Shown here: positions 51,907-62,230 of the stretch, piece by piece
Position numbering within the stretch: the first letter of the stretch is position 1
Layout: each line of letters opens with the position of its first letter
Assembly: GCA_963818475.1 (NCBI GenBank)
Contig: CAWFSF010000005.1
Location: forward strand, 256,001-320,000
Length of the DNA: 64,000 nucleotides
Origin: Nitrospirota bacterium
GTDB lineage: Bacteria > Nitrospirota > UBA9217
Direction: 5' to 3'
The notes under the pieces: generated by a model
The model's input: only the letters and a program-made list of their open reading frames with translations
What the model was told of the DNA's origin: nothing
Databases searched by the model: none
Position numbers and translations under genes: made by a program

Positions 51907-52128
51907 TGGATTGCCTATTGTTTATCGTATTTGCTGATGAGCCGGTACGTTTCCTCGTAGATCCGGTCCCGGAGGCGGGTCGAATGAACTTCGTTCAGGT
52001 CAACCAGAATAGTGACCAATGATACCATTCGGAGCTCTCGACGTCAAGCAATGGGACGTACAGCAATGCATTTGGAGAAATGGGGAAGTGACAGGCGAAA
52101 GGGTGAAAGAACTCTGGAAAAAGCAACT

Positions 52129-52494
52129 TCAAGCCTTGTCCAGCTCTACTCTTCGCACATCAAGTTTATAAGTTCAAAAATTGATCAGAAGTCCTACAGG
52201 TCGCCGTAAGGCTTTCAGATATGATCTTACTTGGGCATAATGCTTTTTATTGAGTTCGTCCACTGTCTTAAGTTCTAATACAATCTCGTTTTCAATAACC
52301 AGGTCAATTTTATGAACACCGACAGGAGAGCCATCGTAAGAGATAATAACTTCTTTTTCAGACTCGAAGACAATGCCCTGCTTCTTCATTTCGATCAACA
52401 ATGCATTATGGTAAATATTTTCCAGGAAACCGGGCCCTAATTCTTTATGGACAAAGGTACAGGCATTTATGATCTTATTCGGTAAGCTCTGCAT
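52129..52494 (-). CDS. GxxExxY protein with in-frame TGA at 52174-52176
   Basis: LGPGFLENIYH, DLVIENEIVLELK, AQVRSYLK, GLLINF*TYKLDVRRV; AT-rich. Confidence 0.85.
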
Positions 52495-52552
52495 TCCCCC
52501 ATTTCTCCATTCTTTTTCTCCCTTTCCCCTTAAAAGGTTTTATGCTTTTCAA

Positions 52553-54725
52553 TTACATCAAATTCACCGGGTCCACATCCACGAGCACCCGGCACTTCCT
52601 GCCGAACTTCTCCTCGACCGCGTTCCTTCCCTCGGCAGCGAGCATCCGGATCTTCTCCCGTTTGGTCGACAGCAGGAGCAGCTGGAAGCGGTACTGGCCG
52701 CGGACCCGCGCGATCGGTGCCGGGGCCGGGCCGAGCAGCGTAGTTTCCTTGCCGCGCATCAGGAAGCGGATGCGGTCCCGGGCGACCTGTGCGGCCTCTG
52801 CGGCGCGGGCCTCGTCGGGGCTTTTCACTTCGAGTTTGATGAACCGGCCCACGGGAGGATAACCGAGTTGGATGCGGTAGGCGATCTCTTCGTTGTAGAA
52901 TCCTTCGTAGTCGTGGGTCCTGCTGTGGATGATGGAGTAGTGGGCCGGGTTCATGGTCTGGATCACCACCTCGCCCGCGGCCTCGCCCCGCCCCGCCCTG
53001 CCCGCGGCCTGGGTGATGAGCTGGAAGGTCTTTTCGGCTGCCCGGAAATCGGGAAAGTTCAGCCCCACGTCGGCGTCCACCACGCCGACCAGCGTCACGG
53101 CCGGGAAGTCGTGGCCTTTGGCGATCATTTGCGTACCGAGCAGGATATCCACTTCGCGCCGGTCCACCTGCTGCAGCAGCTGCTCATAGGCGTCGCGGCC
53201 CTTGACCGAATCGCTGTCCATGCGCCGCATCCTTGCTGCGGGGAACAATGCCTGCAGCTCCTCCTCGACCTTCTGCGTTCCCGAGCCGAGCGGTTTGAGG
53301 TCCACGCCGCTGCAGGAAGCACATTTGTCAGGCGGCCGCGTGAAAAAGCCGCAGTAGTGGCATTTCAGGTTCCCCTCGTTCTTATGGAACGTGAGCGACA
53401 CGCTGCAGCTCGGGCATTTGATCACGACCCCGCATTCCTGGCAGATGATCACCGATGAAAAGCCCCGGCGGTTCAGGAGCAGAAGCGTCTGCTCGTTCTT
53501 CTCAAGCCGCTTTGTGATCCCTGCAAGAAGCTGGGGAGCATAGAGGGTCTGCTTCGGCAGGCTCTTGACATCAATGATCGCGACGTCCGGCATGGGACGG
53601 TTGTCAACGCGCTGCGCCAGACGGAGATGCCGGTACTTGCCGTTCTTTGCGTTGTAAAAGCTTTCGAGCGAAGGCGTTGCCGAACCGAGCACCGCAACGG
53701 CGTTCTGGAACTTCGCCCGCATGACCGCCACGTCCCGCGCATGGTAGCGGAGCCCTTCGTCCTGTTTGTAGGAGTTCTCGTGCTCCTCGTCGACGATGAT
53801 GAGTCCGACGCGGTCAAAGGGGGCGAACACGGCAGAGCGCGCGCCCACGGCGACATCGACCTGGCCTGCCTGAATGCGCCGGTATTCGTCGGCCCGCTCG
53901 CGATCAGTAAGCCCGCTGTGCAGCACGGCCACGCGGCTGCCGAAGCGGCGCTGGAACCTGCCCAGAAGCTGGGGCGTCAGCGCGATCTCGGGAACGAGCA
54001 CGATGGTTCCCCTGCCCAGGTCCGCCTGCTGCTTGATCGAATGGAGATAGACCTCGGTCTTGCCGCTGCCCGTAACGCCGTGCAGCAGGAATACGCCGAA
54101 CTGAGACAGCGCCGCTGCCTCGCTGATGCTGCGCACCGCATCGGCCTGCTCCGGCATCAACAGGGGCGGCATGCACGGCACGAACGCCTCAGGCATTTCA
54201 GTCCTTTCTGCAGCCTTCTCGATGATAGTCGCCATCCCGGCTTCGCACAAAGCCTTGATCGTTGCAGGAGAAAAGGCCTTCAACTCTTCCAGGCTTACGA
54301 TCTGGCGTTCGCACAAAAGCAGCAGCAGTTCTTTCTGCTTCGGCCCGCGGACAGCATCCATATCGTGGTTGCCGTCAGCAAGCGTGAGATACTTTTTCTT
54401 TTTGGGTTTTGCACGGGATACGGCTTTGGGCACCATGGACTCGATGGTCAGTCCCAGGGGATAGAGGTAGTAGTCGGCCATCCAGTGCGCCAGGGCAAGG
54501 AGATCCGGCGTCAACGGGCTGTCCGATGATCTCAATGATGGACTTGAGGCCGATGGCGTCGTTCTTGTCCGGAAAGCCAAGCACCGTGCCGGTCATGGTC
54601 CGGCTGCCGAAGGGCACCAGTACGCGCGATCCTTCCACAAGACGCTCCTGCAGCGCTTCCGGGGCGCTGTAGTGGAACGTTTTGTTGACGGAAACACCGA
54701 CAGCTATGTCAACGATTAGATTCAT
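52553..54725 (-). CDS. priA: Primosomal protein N' (frameshift near 54525)
   Basis: GVTGSGKTEVY, DEEHE, GSATPS, LNRRG, four CxxC pairs, QAAGRAGR, DVDP. Confidence 0.95.
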
Positions 54726-54873
54726 TTCGGATTTCGTATTGCGGATTTCGGATTAACAGCTCGAGTCGCTACCATGGAGTGGTGCTAATAACGTCAGGTA
54801 CATACTTCCGAGGGGTGAGAGGATTGGTTGTTTGGACTGTTAAAATCCGCAATCCGAAATCCGCAATCCGCAA
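54723..54873. repeat. Inverted heptamer arrays enclosing ~90 bp
   Basis: atttcggatttcgtattgcggatttcggatt ... aatccgcaatccgaaatccgcaatccgcaa. Confidence 0.8.
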
Positions 54874-55356
54874 TTAAACGTTGTCTTTCAGCGCTTTCAT
54901 TTCCTTGCTGCCCAGAATGTCCTTGAGCTCGCTCATGAACTCGTTGATGTCCTTGAAGGAACGGTAGACCGAAGCGAACCGGACATAGGCAACCTCGTCC
55001 AGTTTGTGCAGCCGCTCCATCACCTCTTCGCCCACGACCGTGCTCGGGATCTCCTTGAGCCCCTTTTCCTGGAGCGACTTCTCGATCTCTTCCACGGTCT
55101 TTTCGAGCATCTCCATGCTGATGGGGCGCTTTTCGCAGGCTTTTTTGAGGCCGCTCAGGATCTTCATCCGGTCAAAGGGTTCGCGCCGGGAATCTTTTTT
55201 AATGACCAGCGGCAGCATTTCCTCGACCCGTTCGTAGGTCGTGAACCGCCCCTCGCACTTGAGGCATTCCCGTCTCCTGCGGATGGATTCGCCTTCCTTC
55301 CCCATCCGGGAGTCCACCACTTTATTGTCGAGGCTGGTGCAATAGGGGCAGCGCAT
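54874..55356 (-). CDS. nrdR: Transcriptional regulator NrdR
   Basis: [37 protein letters not shown]. Confidence 0.97.
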   Translation of the reverse strand: MRCPYCTSLDNKVVDSRMGKEGESIRRRRECLKCEGRFTTYERVEEMLPLVIKKDSRREPFDRMKILSGLKKACEKRPISMEMLEKTVEEIEKSLQEKGLKEIPSTVVGEEVMERLHKLDEVAYVRFASVYRSFKDINEFMSELKDILGSKEMKALKDNV

Positions 55357-55364
55357 TTGTGACA

Positions 55365-55477
55365 AACTCCAAGCACGAATTTCGAAGCTCCAAACAATCT
55401 CAAAATTGAAATGTTTGAAGCCTTGCAATTTTTATATTCGATATTATTTCGAATTTAGAGATTCGAATTTCGGATTT
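55365..55477. repeat. Degenerate inverted heptamer arrays
   Basis: aactccaagcacgaatttcgaagctccaaac ... atttcgaatttagagattcgaatttcggattt. Confidence 0.6.
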
Positions 55478-55938
55478 TATATCTGCCTTTTATACTGCGT
55501 TATCTTAATGCCCGATTCCTTCAGCATCTCCGCAGCCAGCGCATCCGGATAGCCGTCCTCGAAGATGATGTGCTTGACGCCGGAGTTAATGATCATTTTT
55601 GCGCAAATGCCGCAGGGCTGGTTCGTGCAGTAGAGCGTTGCGCCGTCGATGTTCGTTCCGTGCTTGGCTGCCTGGATGATCGCGTTCTGTTCGGCATGGA
55701 GCCCCCTGCAGATCTCGTGGCGCTCTCCCGAAGGGATGCCCATCTGCTCGCGCAGACAGCCGCGGTCAAGACAATGCTCAATGCCCGACGGCGTGCCGTT
55801 GTACCCGGTGGCGAGGATGTTCTTGTCCTTGACGAGGACAGCTCCGACCTGGCGGCGGAGGCAGGTTGCGCGCCTCTTCACCAGGTGCGCGATCTCCATG
55901 AAATATTCGTCCCAAGAGGGGCGGACATGCTTAGACAT
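55477..55938 (-). CDS. dCMP/cytidine deaminase (ComEB-like)
   Basis: [25 protein letters not shown]. Confidence 0.92.
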   Translation of the reverse strand: MSKHVRPSWDEYFMEIAHLVKRRATCLRRQVGAVLVKDKNILATGYNGTPSGIEHCLDRGCLREQMGIPSGERHEICRGLHAEQNAIIQAAKHGTNIDGATLYCTNQPCGICAKMIINSGVKHIIFEDGYPDALAAEMLKESGIKITQYKRQI

Positions 55939-57184
55939 TCGCTTTTTCCATCGCGAACAGAGGGAACTTGCTGCAGAACGCGCTGGTCCGCTCCTTGATC
56001 GCTTCGAGCTTCTCGGGCGACTTGCCGTTGGCCAGCACTTCGCAGATAAGGTCGCCGATGATCTTCATTTCCGGCTCGCGCATGCCGCGCGTGGTCACGA
56101 TCGGCGTGCCGAGGCGGATGCCGCTGGTCACCACCGGCGGTTTCTGGTCGTAGGGGATGCTGTTCTTGTTGCAGGTGATGCCCGCCGCATCGAGCGCCTT
56201 CTCGGCCTCGTTGCCCGTGATGCCCTTGGGGGTGAGGTCCACGAGCATCAGGTGGTTGTCCGTGCCGCCCGAAACGATGCGGAAGCCGTCCGCCACGAGC
56301 ACCTCGGAAAGCGCCTGGGCGTTCTTCACCACCTGGCGCTGATAGTCCTTGAACTCCGGCTGGAGCGCTTCCTTGAACGAGACGGCCTTGGCCGCGATCA
56401 CATGCACCAGCGGGCCGCCCTGGATGCCGGGGAAAATGACCTTGTCCACGGCCTTGCCGAACTGCTCTTTGCACATGATCATGCCGCCGCGCGGTCCGCG
56501 CAGTGTTTTGTGCGTCGTGGTCGTAACGAAATCGGCATAGGGCACCGGGCTCGGGTGCACACCGGCTGCGATGAGCCCGGCGATGTGGGCGATGTCGACC
56601 ATGAGCAGGGCGCCGACCTTGTCCGCGATCTTCCGGAACCGCGCGAAATCGAGGATGCGGGAATAGGCGCTGTAGCCGGCCACGATCATCTTCGGCTTAT
56701 GCTCGACCGCGAGCCGCTCCACTTCGTCATAGTCGATCAGTTCTGTTTTCTTATCCACCCCGTAGGAGAAGGATTTATAGAGCTGGCCGGAGAAGCTGAC
56801 CGACGCGCCGTGCGTGAGATGCCCGCCGTGCGGCAGCGCCATTCCAAGGATCGTGTCGCCAGGCTTGAGCACGCTGAAGTACACGGCCATGTTCGCCGTG
56901 GACCCGGAATGAGGCTGGACGTTCACATGCTCGGCGCCGAAGAGCTGCTTCGCCCGTTCGATCGCCAGCGTCTCCACGGCATCGGCAAACTCGCACCCGC
57001 CGTAGTAGCGGCGATTGGGGTATCCTTCCGCATACTTGTTCGTGAAGACCGAGCCCTGCGCTTCGAGCACGGCCTGGCTCACATAATTCTCGGAGGCAAT
57101 GAGAACGATCTTGGAAAGCTCGCGTTCTTCCTCTCCTTGAATCGCATTGTACACATCGATATCTGCAGCTTTGAGTTCTGACAT
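55931..57184 (-). CDS. glyA: Serine hydroxymethyltransferase
   Basis: [34 protein letters not shown]. Confidence 0.98.
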   Translation of the reverse strand: MSELKAADIDVYNAIQGEEERELSKIVLIASENYVSQAVLEAQGSVFTNKYAEGYPNRRYYGGCEFADAVETLAIERAKQLFGAEHVNVQPHSGSTANMAVYFSVLKPGDTILGMALPHGGHLTHGASVSFSGQLYKSFSYGVDKKTELIDYDEVERLAVEHKPKMIVAGYSAYSRILDFARFRKIADKVGALLMVDIAHIAGLIAAGVHPSPVPYADFVTTTTHKTLRGPRGGMIMCKEQFGKAVDKVIFPGIQGGPLVHVIAAKAVSFKEALQPEFKDYQRQVVKNAQALSEVLVADGFRIVSGGTDNHLMLVDLTPKGITGNEAEKALDAAGITCNKNSIPYDQKPPVVTSGIRLGTPIVTTRGMREPEMKIIGDLICEVLANGKSPEKLEAIKERTSAFCSKFPLFAMEKANV

Positions 57185-57259
57185 GATTCGTTCCTTATAG
57201 AATAATAGGGTCAAGGATCAAGCAGCAAGGAAGCCCACACCTTGCCACTTGCTACTTCG

Positions 57260-57710
57260 CTACTTGCTACCCGTTGCTATCTGGTCTATCTTGTTGAGCC
57301 GCAGCTGATGCCTGCCGCCGGCAAATTCCGTTTCCAGCCAGGTTTTCACGATCTCAAGAGCGACGCCTTTGCCGATAACTCGCTCGCCCATGACCAGGAT
57401 GTTGGCATCATTGTGCTCGCGGCTCATCTGTGCCGTGAAATGGTCATGGCAAAGCGCTGCGCGGACCTTTGGGAACCGGTTCGCGACGATCGACATGCCG
57501 ATGCCCGTGCCGCAGATCAGGATGCCGCGGTCCATCGCGCCCCGGGCCACGGCCTCCGACACCTTGGCCCCGTAGTCCGGATAGTCGACGGAATCCTTGC
57601 TCCCCACTCCGAAGTCAGAAACCTCGACATTCTTAACCGTCTTGATATATTTGAGGATTTCTTCCTTCAGTTCGAAAGCCGCCGTGGTCGCAGCCAATCG
57701 CCAATTTCAT
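57260..57710 (-). CDS. rpiB: Ribose-5-phosphate isomerase B (extra T near 57676)
   Basis: MKLAIGCDHGGF in one frame, then DYPDY, CGTGIG, HNDAN, GGRH. Confidence 0.95.
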
Positions 57711-57847
57711 GAAAAACCCTGCCTTTCGTAGAGGGTGATATTAACATCTCAGCTGTTTTTGTGTCAAGGAAAATACCTCATCCGGCCCGTCAGGAGGGCG
57801 CGCAAACAGAACAAGACTCTTCGTGGTGGATGCGACAGGGGGGCGAG

Positions 57848-58579
57848 TTACCGGAATTCGTAGCCGATCATGGAGAGGACGGCAATGGCCGCGGTCTCGG
57901 TGCGCAGGATATTCGGCCCGAGGCTCACAGCATGGAAGCCCTTTTCCCGCGCCAATGACGCTTCACCAGACGAGAACCCGCCTTCGGGCCCGATGAGAAC
58001 GATGATATGCATGGCCGGCGTGCGCTTGAGAACTTCCTTCAGGGGCTGCGTCCCTTCCTCCCACGGAAGGAGAAGCAGTGTGCCGGGGCCGGGGTTCAGG
58101 GAGGATATAAAATCGCGCAAGGACCGGATTGTTTCGACCTGCGGGATGTCGGGTCGGTTGCTCTGCATGGCCGCTTCCCGGCAGATCTTCTGCCACCGGC
58201 CGATGCGCTTTTCTTCGTCTCTGATCTTCACGATCGTTCGCTCCGTCACCAGGGGGACGATATTCGTCACCCCGAGTTCCGTGGCTTTCTGCACGATCCA
58301 GTCCATCTTGTCGAACTTTGGCAGTCCCTGGCAGAGCGTGATGCGGGGAGCGGTGGTCTCCCGGTGCCTCTGGCTCACGATTTCGGTCTGGATCGCCGAC
58401 TTGCTGATCTCGGAGATGGTCACCTGATACTCAGCGCCCCGGCCGTCGCACAGAAGGAGCGCATCGCCGGTCTTCATGCGCAGCACCGCAGCAATATGGC
58501 GCACATCTTCGTCCGTGATGCTGATCCGGGAGCCGGAGACCTGGGAGGGGGCTATGAAAAACCGAGGGGGTCGTGACAT
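57848..58579 (-). CDS. rsmE: 16S rRNA m3U1498 methyltransferase
   Basis: HIAAVLR, QKATELG, EAAMQS, IGPEGG, LRTETA. Confidence 0.95.
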   Translation of the reverse strand: MSRPPRFFIAPSQVSGSRISITDEDVRHIAAVLRMKTGDALLLCDGRGAEYQVTISEISKSAIQTEIVSQRHRETTAPRITLCQGLPKFDKMDWIVQKATELGVTNIVPLVTERTIVKIRDEEKRIGRWQKICREAAMQSNRPDIPQVETIRSLRDFISSLNPGPGTLLLLPWEEGTQPLKEVLKRTPAMHIIVLIGPEGGFSSGEASLAREKGFHAVSLGPNILRTETAAIAVLSMIGYEFR

Positions 58580-58621
58580 AGAAGCCTGATCCTGATTTAG
58601 AGTTAACAGTTCGGATCCGCA

Positions 58622-58706
58622 TCTTTGACACGGATAGGAGCGGATGAAAAGCTATAAAGAATCATGATTTTTCATAGCCGTTGTCAGATGTTATCAGTAT
58701 CAAAGA
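58622..58706. repeat. Degenerate family A-related element
   Basis: tctttgacacggatag ... ttatcagtatcaaaga. Confidence 0.45.
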
Positions 58707-60193
58707 GGTTGACTGGGTTTCGGCTTCGGGGCCTGTCCTTCATTTCTGCCTCGGCCGCCCCGTCTCCGCCTGCGCCGCTTTGGCTGTGCTTTTTTCTCGA
58801 CGATCTTCTGTATTTCCTTTTCCTCGCCAGGCGCGAGCGGGTGGGCCTTGATGAACTCTTTCCACCAGGCGCGGATCTCTTTTTTCTCGCCCGTGGTCTC
58901 GCTCGTAAAGCGCAGGTATTCGAAGGCGTCGGCAAATCCGGGCCTGCGCAGGAAAAAGCGCGGGTGCCTGCCTTCCCGCTTCTCGAAGCGCTGCTGGTTC
59001 CAGTACATATCGCGCATGATCAGCCCGATCTTTTTCGGTATCTGGACCCGCTGGGCCTGGTCAATAAGGACCTCGGACACTGCTCTGGTCATGGCATCGA
59101 GCGCATTGGCTCCCGAGGAACGGTACTGCGCGGCTTTTTCTTCCATATACTGCCCGAACATAAGCCCGAAGAGGATGTGGGGCGGCACCTGCCTGCCGGC
59201 CAGAACACAGGCATCCACCCACTCCAGCGCCTTGCCGATCCAGATATGCGGGAAACCGTCCCGTTCCGTGTCCACCCATCGGTCGAGCTTCGGAAAGATC
59301 ACGCCGAACATTCCGGTCTTGCGAAGCAGCTGATAGGTCTTCTCTCCCTCACCGAGCAGGAAGAGCTTCAGCACTTCCTCGTACATGCGGGCAGGAGATG
59401 CCAGGGCAACCTGGTCCTTGAGTTCGAGGAGGGCTTGGTAGGTTTTTGCCTCGATCTCGAACCCGAGCAGCGCTGCAAAACGGACGGCGCGCACCATGCG
59501 CACCGGGTCCTCGGTGAATCGGACCAGGGGATCGCCGATGATCCGTATGAGCCCGCTCCTGAGGTCCTGCATGCCGCCCACGTAGTCGATGACCGAGTAA
59601 TCGGCGATGTTGTAAAAAAGCGCGTTCACCGTGAAATCCCGCCGGAGGGCGTCCTCCTCGGGCGTGCCGAAGACGTTATCGCGCAGGATCATGCCGCCTT
59701 CGGTCTTAAGCATGCGCGGCGGTTTGGGCTTTGCCTCCGGGGACGCTGAGACGACCTCAGTGACTGGCGGAGCCGCCTCTTCGCGAGCGGGTAATTCCGG
59801 TTCAACAAGATCCATTACCTGCCCGTTCACCGGAGCCGCCTCTATGACCTCAGGTTCATCGGACACCATGGACCGGAAGGTCGCGACCTCGACAATATCG
59901 TTATGGAAGTGAATATGGGCGAGACGGAACCTGCGGCCGATGAGCCTGCAGTTGCGAAAGACCTTTTTGACCTCGTTGGGCGTGGCGTCCGTAGCAATAT
60001 CGAAGTCCTTGGGTTCACGGCCGAGCAACAGGTCGCGTACACCGCCGCCCACAAGATAGGCGTAGTATCCGTGCTCCTTCAGTTTGTACAGCACGCGGAC
60101 TGCGTTGGGGCTGATCCACTTGCGGGAGACACTGTGTTCCTTGCGAGGAATGATGGTAGGTTTAATAGGCGTCACGGATTGGTATATTAACAC
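58700..60193 (-). CDS. pcnB: Poly(A) polymerase I
   Basis: VGGGVRDLLLG..PKDFD, LIGRRFRLAH (PAP signature), RRDFTVNAL, EDPVRM; basic C-terminal tail. Confidence 0.92.
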   Translation of the reverse strand: MLIYQSVTPIKPTIIPRKEHSVSRKWISPNAVRVLYKLKEHGYYAYLVGGGVRDLLLGREPKDFDIATDATPNEVKKVFRNCRLIGRRFRLAHIHFHNDIVEVATFRSMVSDEPEVIEAAPVNGQVMDLVEPELPAREEAAPPVTEVVSASPEAKPKPPRMLKTEGGMILRDNVFGTPEEDALRRDFTVNALFYNIADYSVIDYVGGMQDLRSGLIRIIGDPLVRFTEDPVRMVRAVRFAALLGFEIEAKTYQALLELKDQVALASPARMYEEVLKLFLLGEGEKTYQLLRKTGMFGVIFPKLDRWVDTERDGFPHIWIGKALEWVDACVLAGRQVPPHILFGLMFGQYMEEKAAQYRSSGANALDAMTRAVSEVLIDQAQRVQIPKKIGLIMRDMYWNQQRFEKREGRHPRFFLRRPGFADAFEYLRFTSETTGEKKEIRAWWKEFIKAHPLAPGEEKEIQKIVEKKAQPKRRRRRRGGRGRNEGQAPKPKPSQPL

Positions 60194-60263
60194 ATTCTCG
60201 CGGGAAAGGTAAAGCAGGAAGTTGCGAAGCAGGCCGCCGGCGAGGAAGCGCTACATGCCGAAG

Positions 60264-60291
60264 AAAAAAGGGAGGGCAATGCCGTCCCTCC
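60264..60291 (-). terminator. Probable terminator after the TRL-like genes
   Basis: ggaggg/ccctcc hairpin preceded by AAAAAA. Confidence 0.5.
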
Positions 60292-60320
60292 ACCATGACC
60301 CGAAGGCATCTGGTTGTCGT

Positions 60321-60638
60321 CTATTTCCCGTAAACGTGGACCGTATACTGGTTCCACAGGCGAAAAATGCTCAGCGTTTCAAGATCGGCAAAGTACACTT
60401 CCTGCAACCCCTGTTTTTTAGCGATGTCGCCGATGGCAGCGCTGTCCCAGGCAACAAGCTGATAGGAGCCGGTCAGCGGCGGGAAGGTGATCAGCTTCAG
60501 GCTGCCCGATTTTTCCACAGCAGCAACGGGCGTACGGTCCATGTTGAGCGTCAGCGGCTGCACGGTATGAACATACACACAGCCCGGGAGCAGGAGGAAA
60601 AGCGTCAAAACCAGGAACAACAAACAATAGGGCTTCAT
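60321..60638 (-). CDS. TRL-like family lipoprotein
   Basis: Lipobox LPGC; AW..AAI..IAKK.G..V.FAD..TVHVYG, parallel to the neighbouring gene. Confidence 0.6.
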   Translation of the reverse strand: MKPYCLLFLVLTLFLLLPGCVYVHTVQPLTLNMDRTPVAAVEKSGSLKLITFPPLTGSYQLVAWDSAAIGDIAKKQGLQEVYFADLETLSIFRLWNQYTVHVYGK

Positions 60639-60647
60639 GGACACCTC

Positions 60648-60945
60648 CTACTCGCCATACACGATCGTCGTCGTCTCGGTGTAGATGCCGAAGAAGACGC
60701 TGTAAATCTCCCTATCCATATGGTTCACCGTGGTGATGCCGCCGTTCTTGGCCGCGGCCGCCGTGCCCGCGTCACCCCAGGCGGCTGCCCACAGCACCGA
60801 ATAGGACGCGGCTTTGCCCGTTTTCTGGCCGAGCACTGTCTTGTCGAGCGTTGGTGTCCAGAGGGGTCAGCACGTGAGCGTAGAAACATCCCGACAGCAG
60901 AACCGCGGAAACGAGAGCTGTTGCTATCATCCTTATTGATCTCAT
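60648..60945 (-). CDS. TRL-like family lipoprotein (frameshift near 60850)
   Basis: Lipobox LSGC; KTGKA..AWGDAG..AAAKNGGIT..D..TTIVYG. Confidence 0.7.
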
Positions 60946-61003
60946 AGCCATTCTCCTTGCTCCTGGGATTTTTCGAACAGAATGGTATTAGTATAGCACG
61001 GTT

Positions 61004-62071
61004 TTACAGGGCGACGGCTTCAATACCTGCCAGGAGTTTGAACTGCACGCGCGCCCGATGCAGATTATGCAAAGGGTAGGCTACCTTGAAATAGGTGTCT
61101 CCACTCAGATAGTCCGTGAGAAAACGCAGCCCCAGTTCGAACGTGATAACACGTACGGAGAGCGGGAGCAGGTCCGTCTCCTTCCGGGTGAGGAACGATG
61201 ACGCCTCGCTCAAATATCCGCGCGTCACCGCTTGAAAGAGTTGAAGATCGAAGATTACCCGGTCCAGGTCCCCGTCCTCCCCTGCCGGGTTCGCAACGGA
61301 GCGCACGCAGTCGCCGAAGTCAAAGTGCACGATCCCCGGTTTCACCGTATCCAGATCCAGCATGCAAAGGGCTTTTCCGGTGACCCGGTGAATCATGACG
61401 TTGTTCACCTTGGGGTCGTTGTGCACCACGCGGAGCGGCAGCTGACCGGAATCCATCAGCTCCGTCAACATCGGCGCCAGGGACCTCCTGCGGGCAACGA
61501 ATTCTAATTCTACCGCGGCCTCGGCCGCCCGGCCCCCAGCGTTCCTGGCGACCGAGTCGTCATACGCTTCGAGATAGCGCGGGGTGTTATGGAACCCCGG
61601 GATCGTATCATGGAGACGGGAAGGCGCGAGGTCCGAGACGAGCGACTGAAACCTGCCGAGCCCCCTGCCGATCTCATAGGCATGATGAACATCCTTGACC
61701 TGGTCGAAAACCGTCCCGTCCTCGATAAAATGAAATACCCGCCAGCAACTGCCGGAGCCGTCAACATGGTGAGAACGGCCGCTCTGTGCGTGGATCAGCG
61801 CCGGAGTGACGGTGTAAGGATCAACCACCCCCTGTGCACGCAGCCTGGCAGCGATATGTTGCGTCACCAACTCTACGTTCTCCATCACGTCGACCGGGCG
61901 TTTGAAAACCGCGACATTGATGCGCTGGAGCACATACTTGCGGATCTCATTGCCGTCCCTGAACGTGCAGAGGTAGGTATCATTGATCAGTCCGGAGCCG
62001 AACTTTTCGATCGTCGCGAGCGCGCCGGGAAGCGGGAAGTTGAGGATAATGTCTTCGGGCCTGTGAACCAT
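61004..62071 (-). CDS. APH-family phosphotransferase (N-acetylhexosamine kinase-like)
   Basis: GSGLINDT, LQRIN, HNDPKVNN, DLDT, GLRFLTDYL. Confidence 0.85.
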   Translation of the reverse strand: MVHRPEDIILNFPLPGALATIEKFGSGLINDTYLCTFRDGNEIRKYVLQRINVAVFKRPVDVMENVELVTQHIAARLRAQGVVDPYTVTPALIHAQSGRSHHVDGSGSCWRVFHFIEDGTVFDQVKDVHHAYEIGRGLGRFQSLVSDLAPSRLHDTIPGFHNTPRYLEAYDDSVARNAGGRAAEAAVELEFVARRRSLAPMLTELMDSGQLPLRVVHNDPKVNNVMIHRVTGKALCMLDLDTVKPGIVHFDFGDCVRSVANPAGEDGDLDRVIFDLQLFQAVTRGYLSEASSFLTRKETDLLPLSVRVITFELGLRFLTDYLSGDTYFKVAYPLHNLHRARVQFKLLAGIEAVAL

Positions 62072-62230
62072 GCAGAATTATAGCATTTCCTCCGATTGAA
62101 TCCATGATTATTCAGGGCGAGAAAAAAAATAGACGCACATGACTTTTTCATGCAATTAAATGATATACTGTGTCAGAAACGCTCATTACTATGGTTTGGT
62201 TCACTCATTTCTATGATGGCGGGGGCACCT

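Noticed and set aside
52174-52176. Selenocysteine or genetic-code reassignment at the GxxExxY TGA
   Set aside because: No SECIS-like hairpin follows, the position is not a Cys site, and TGA is a normal stop for many genes here
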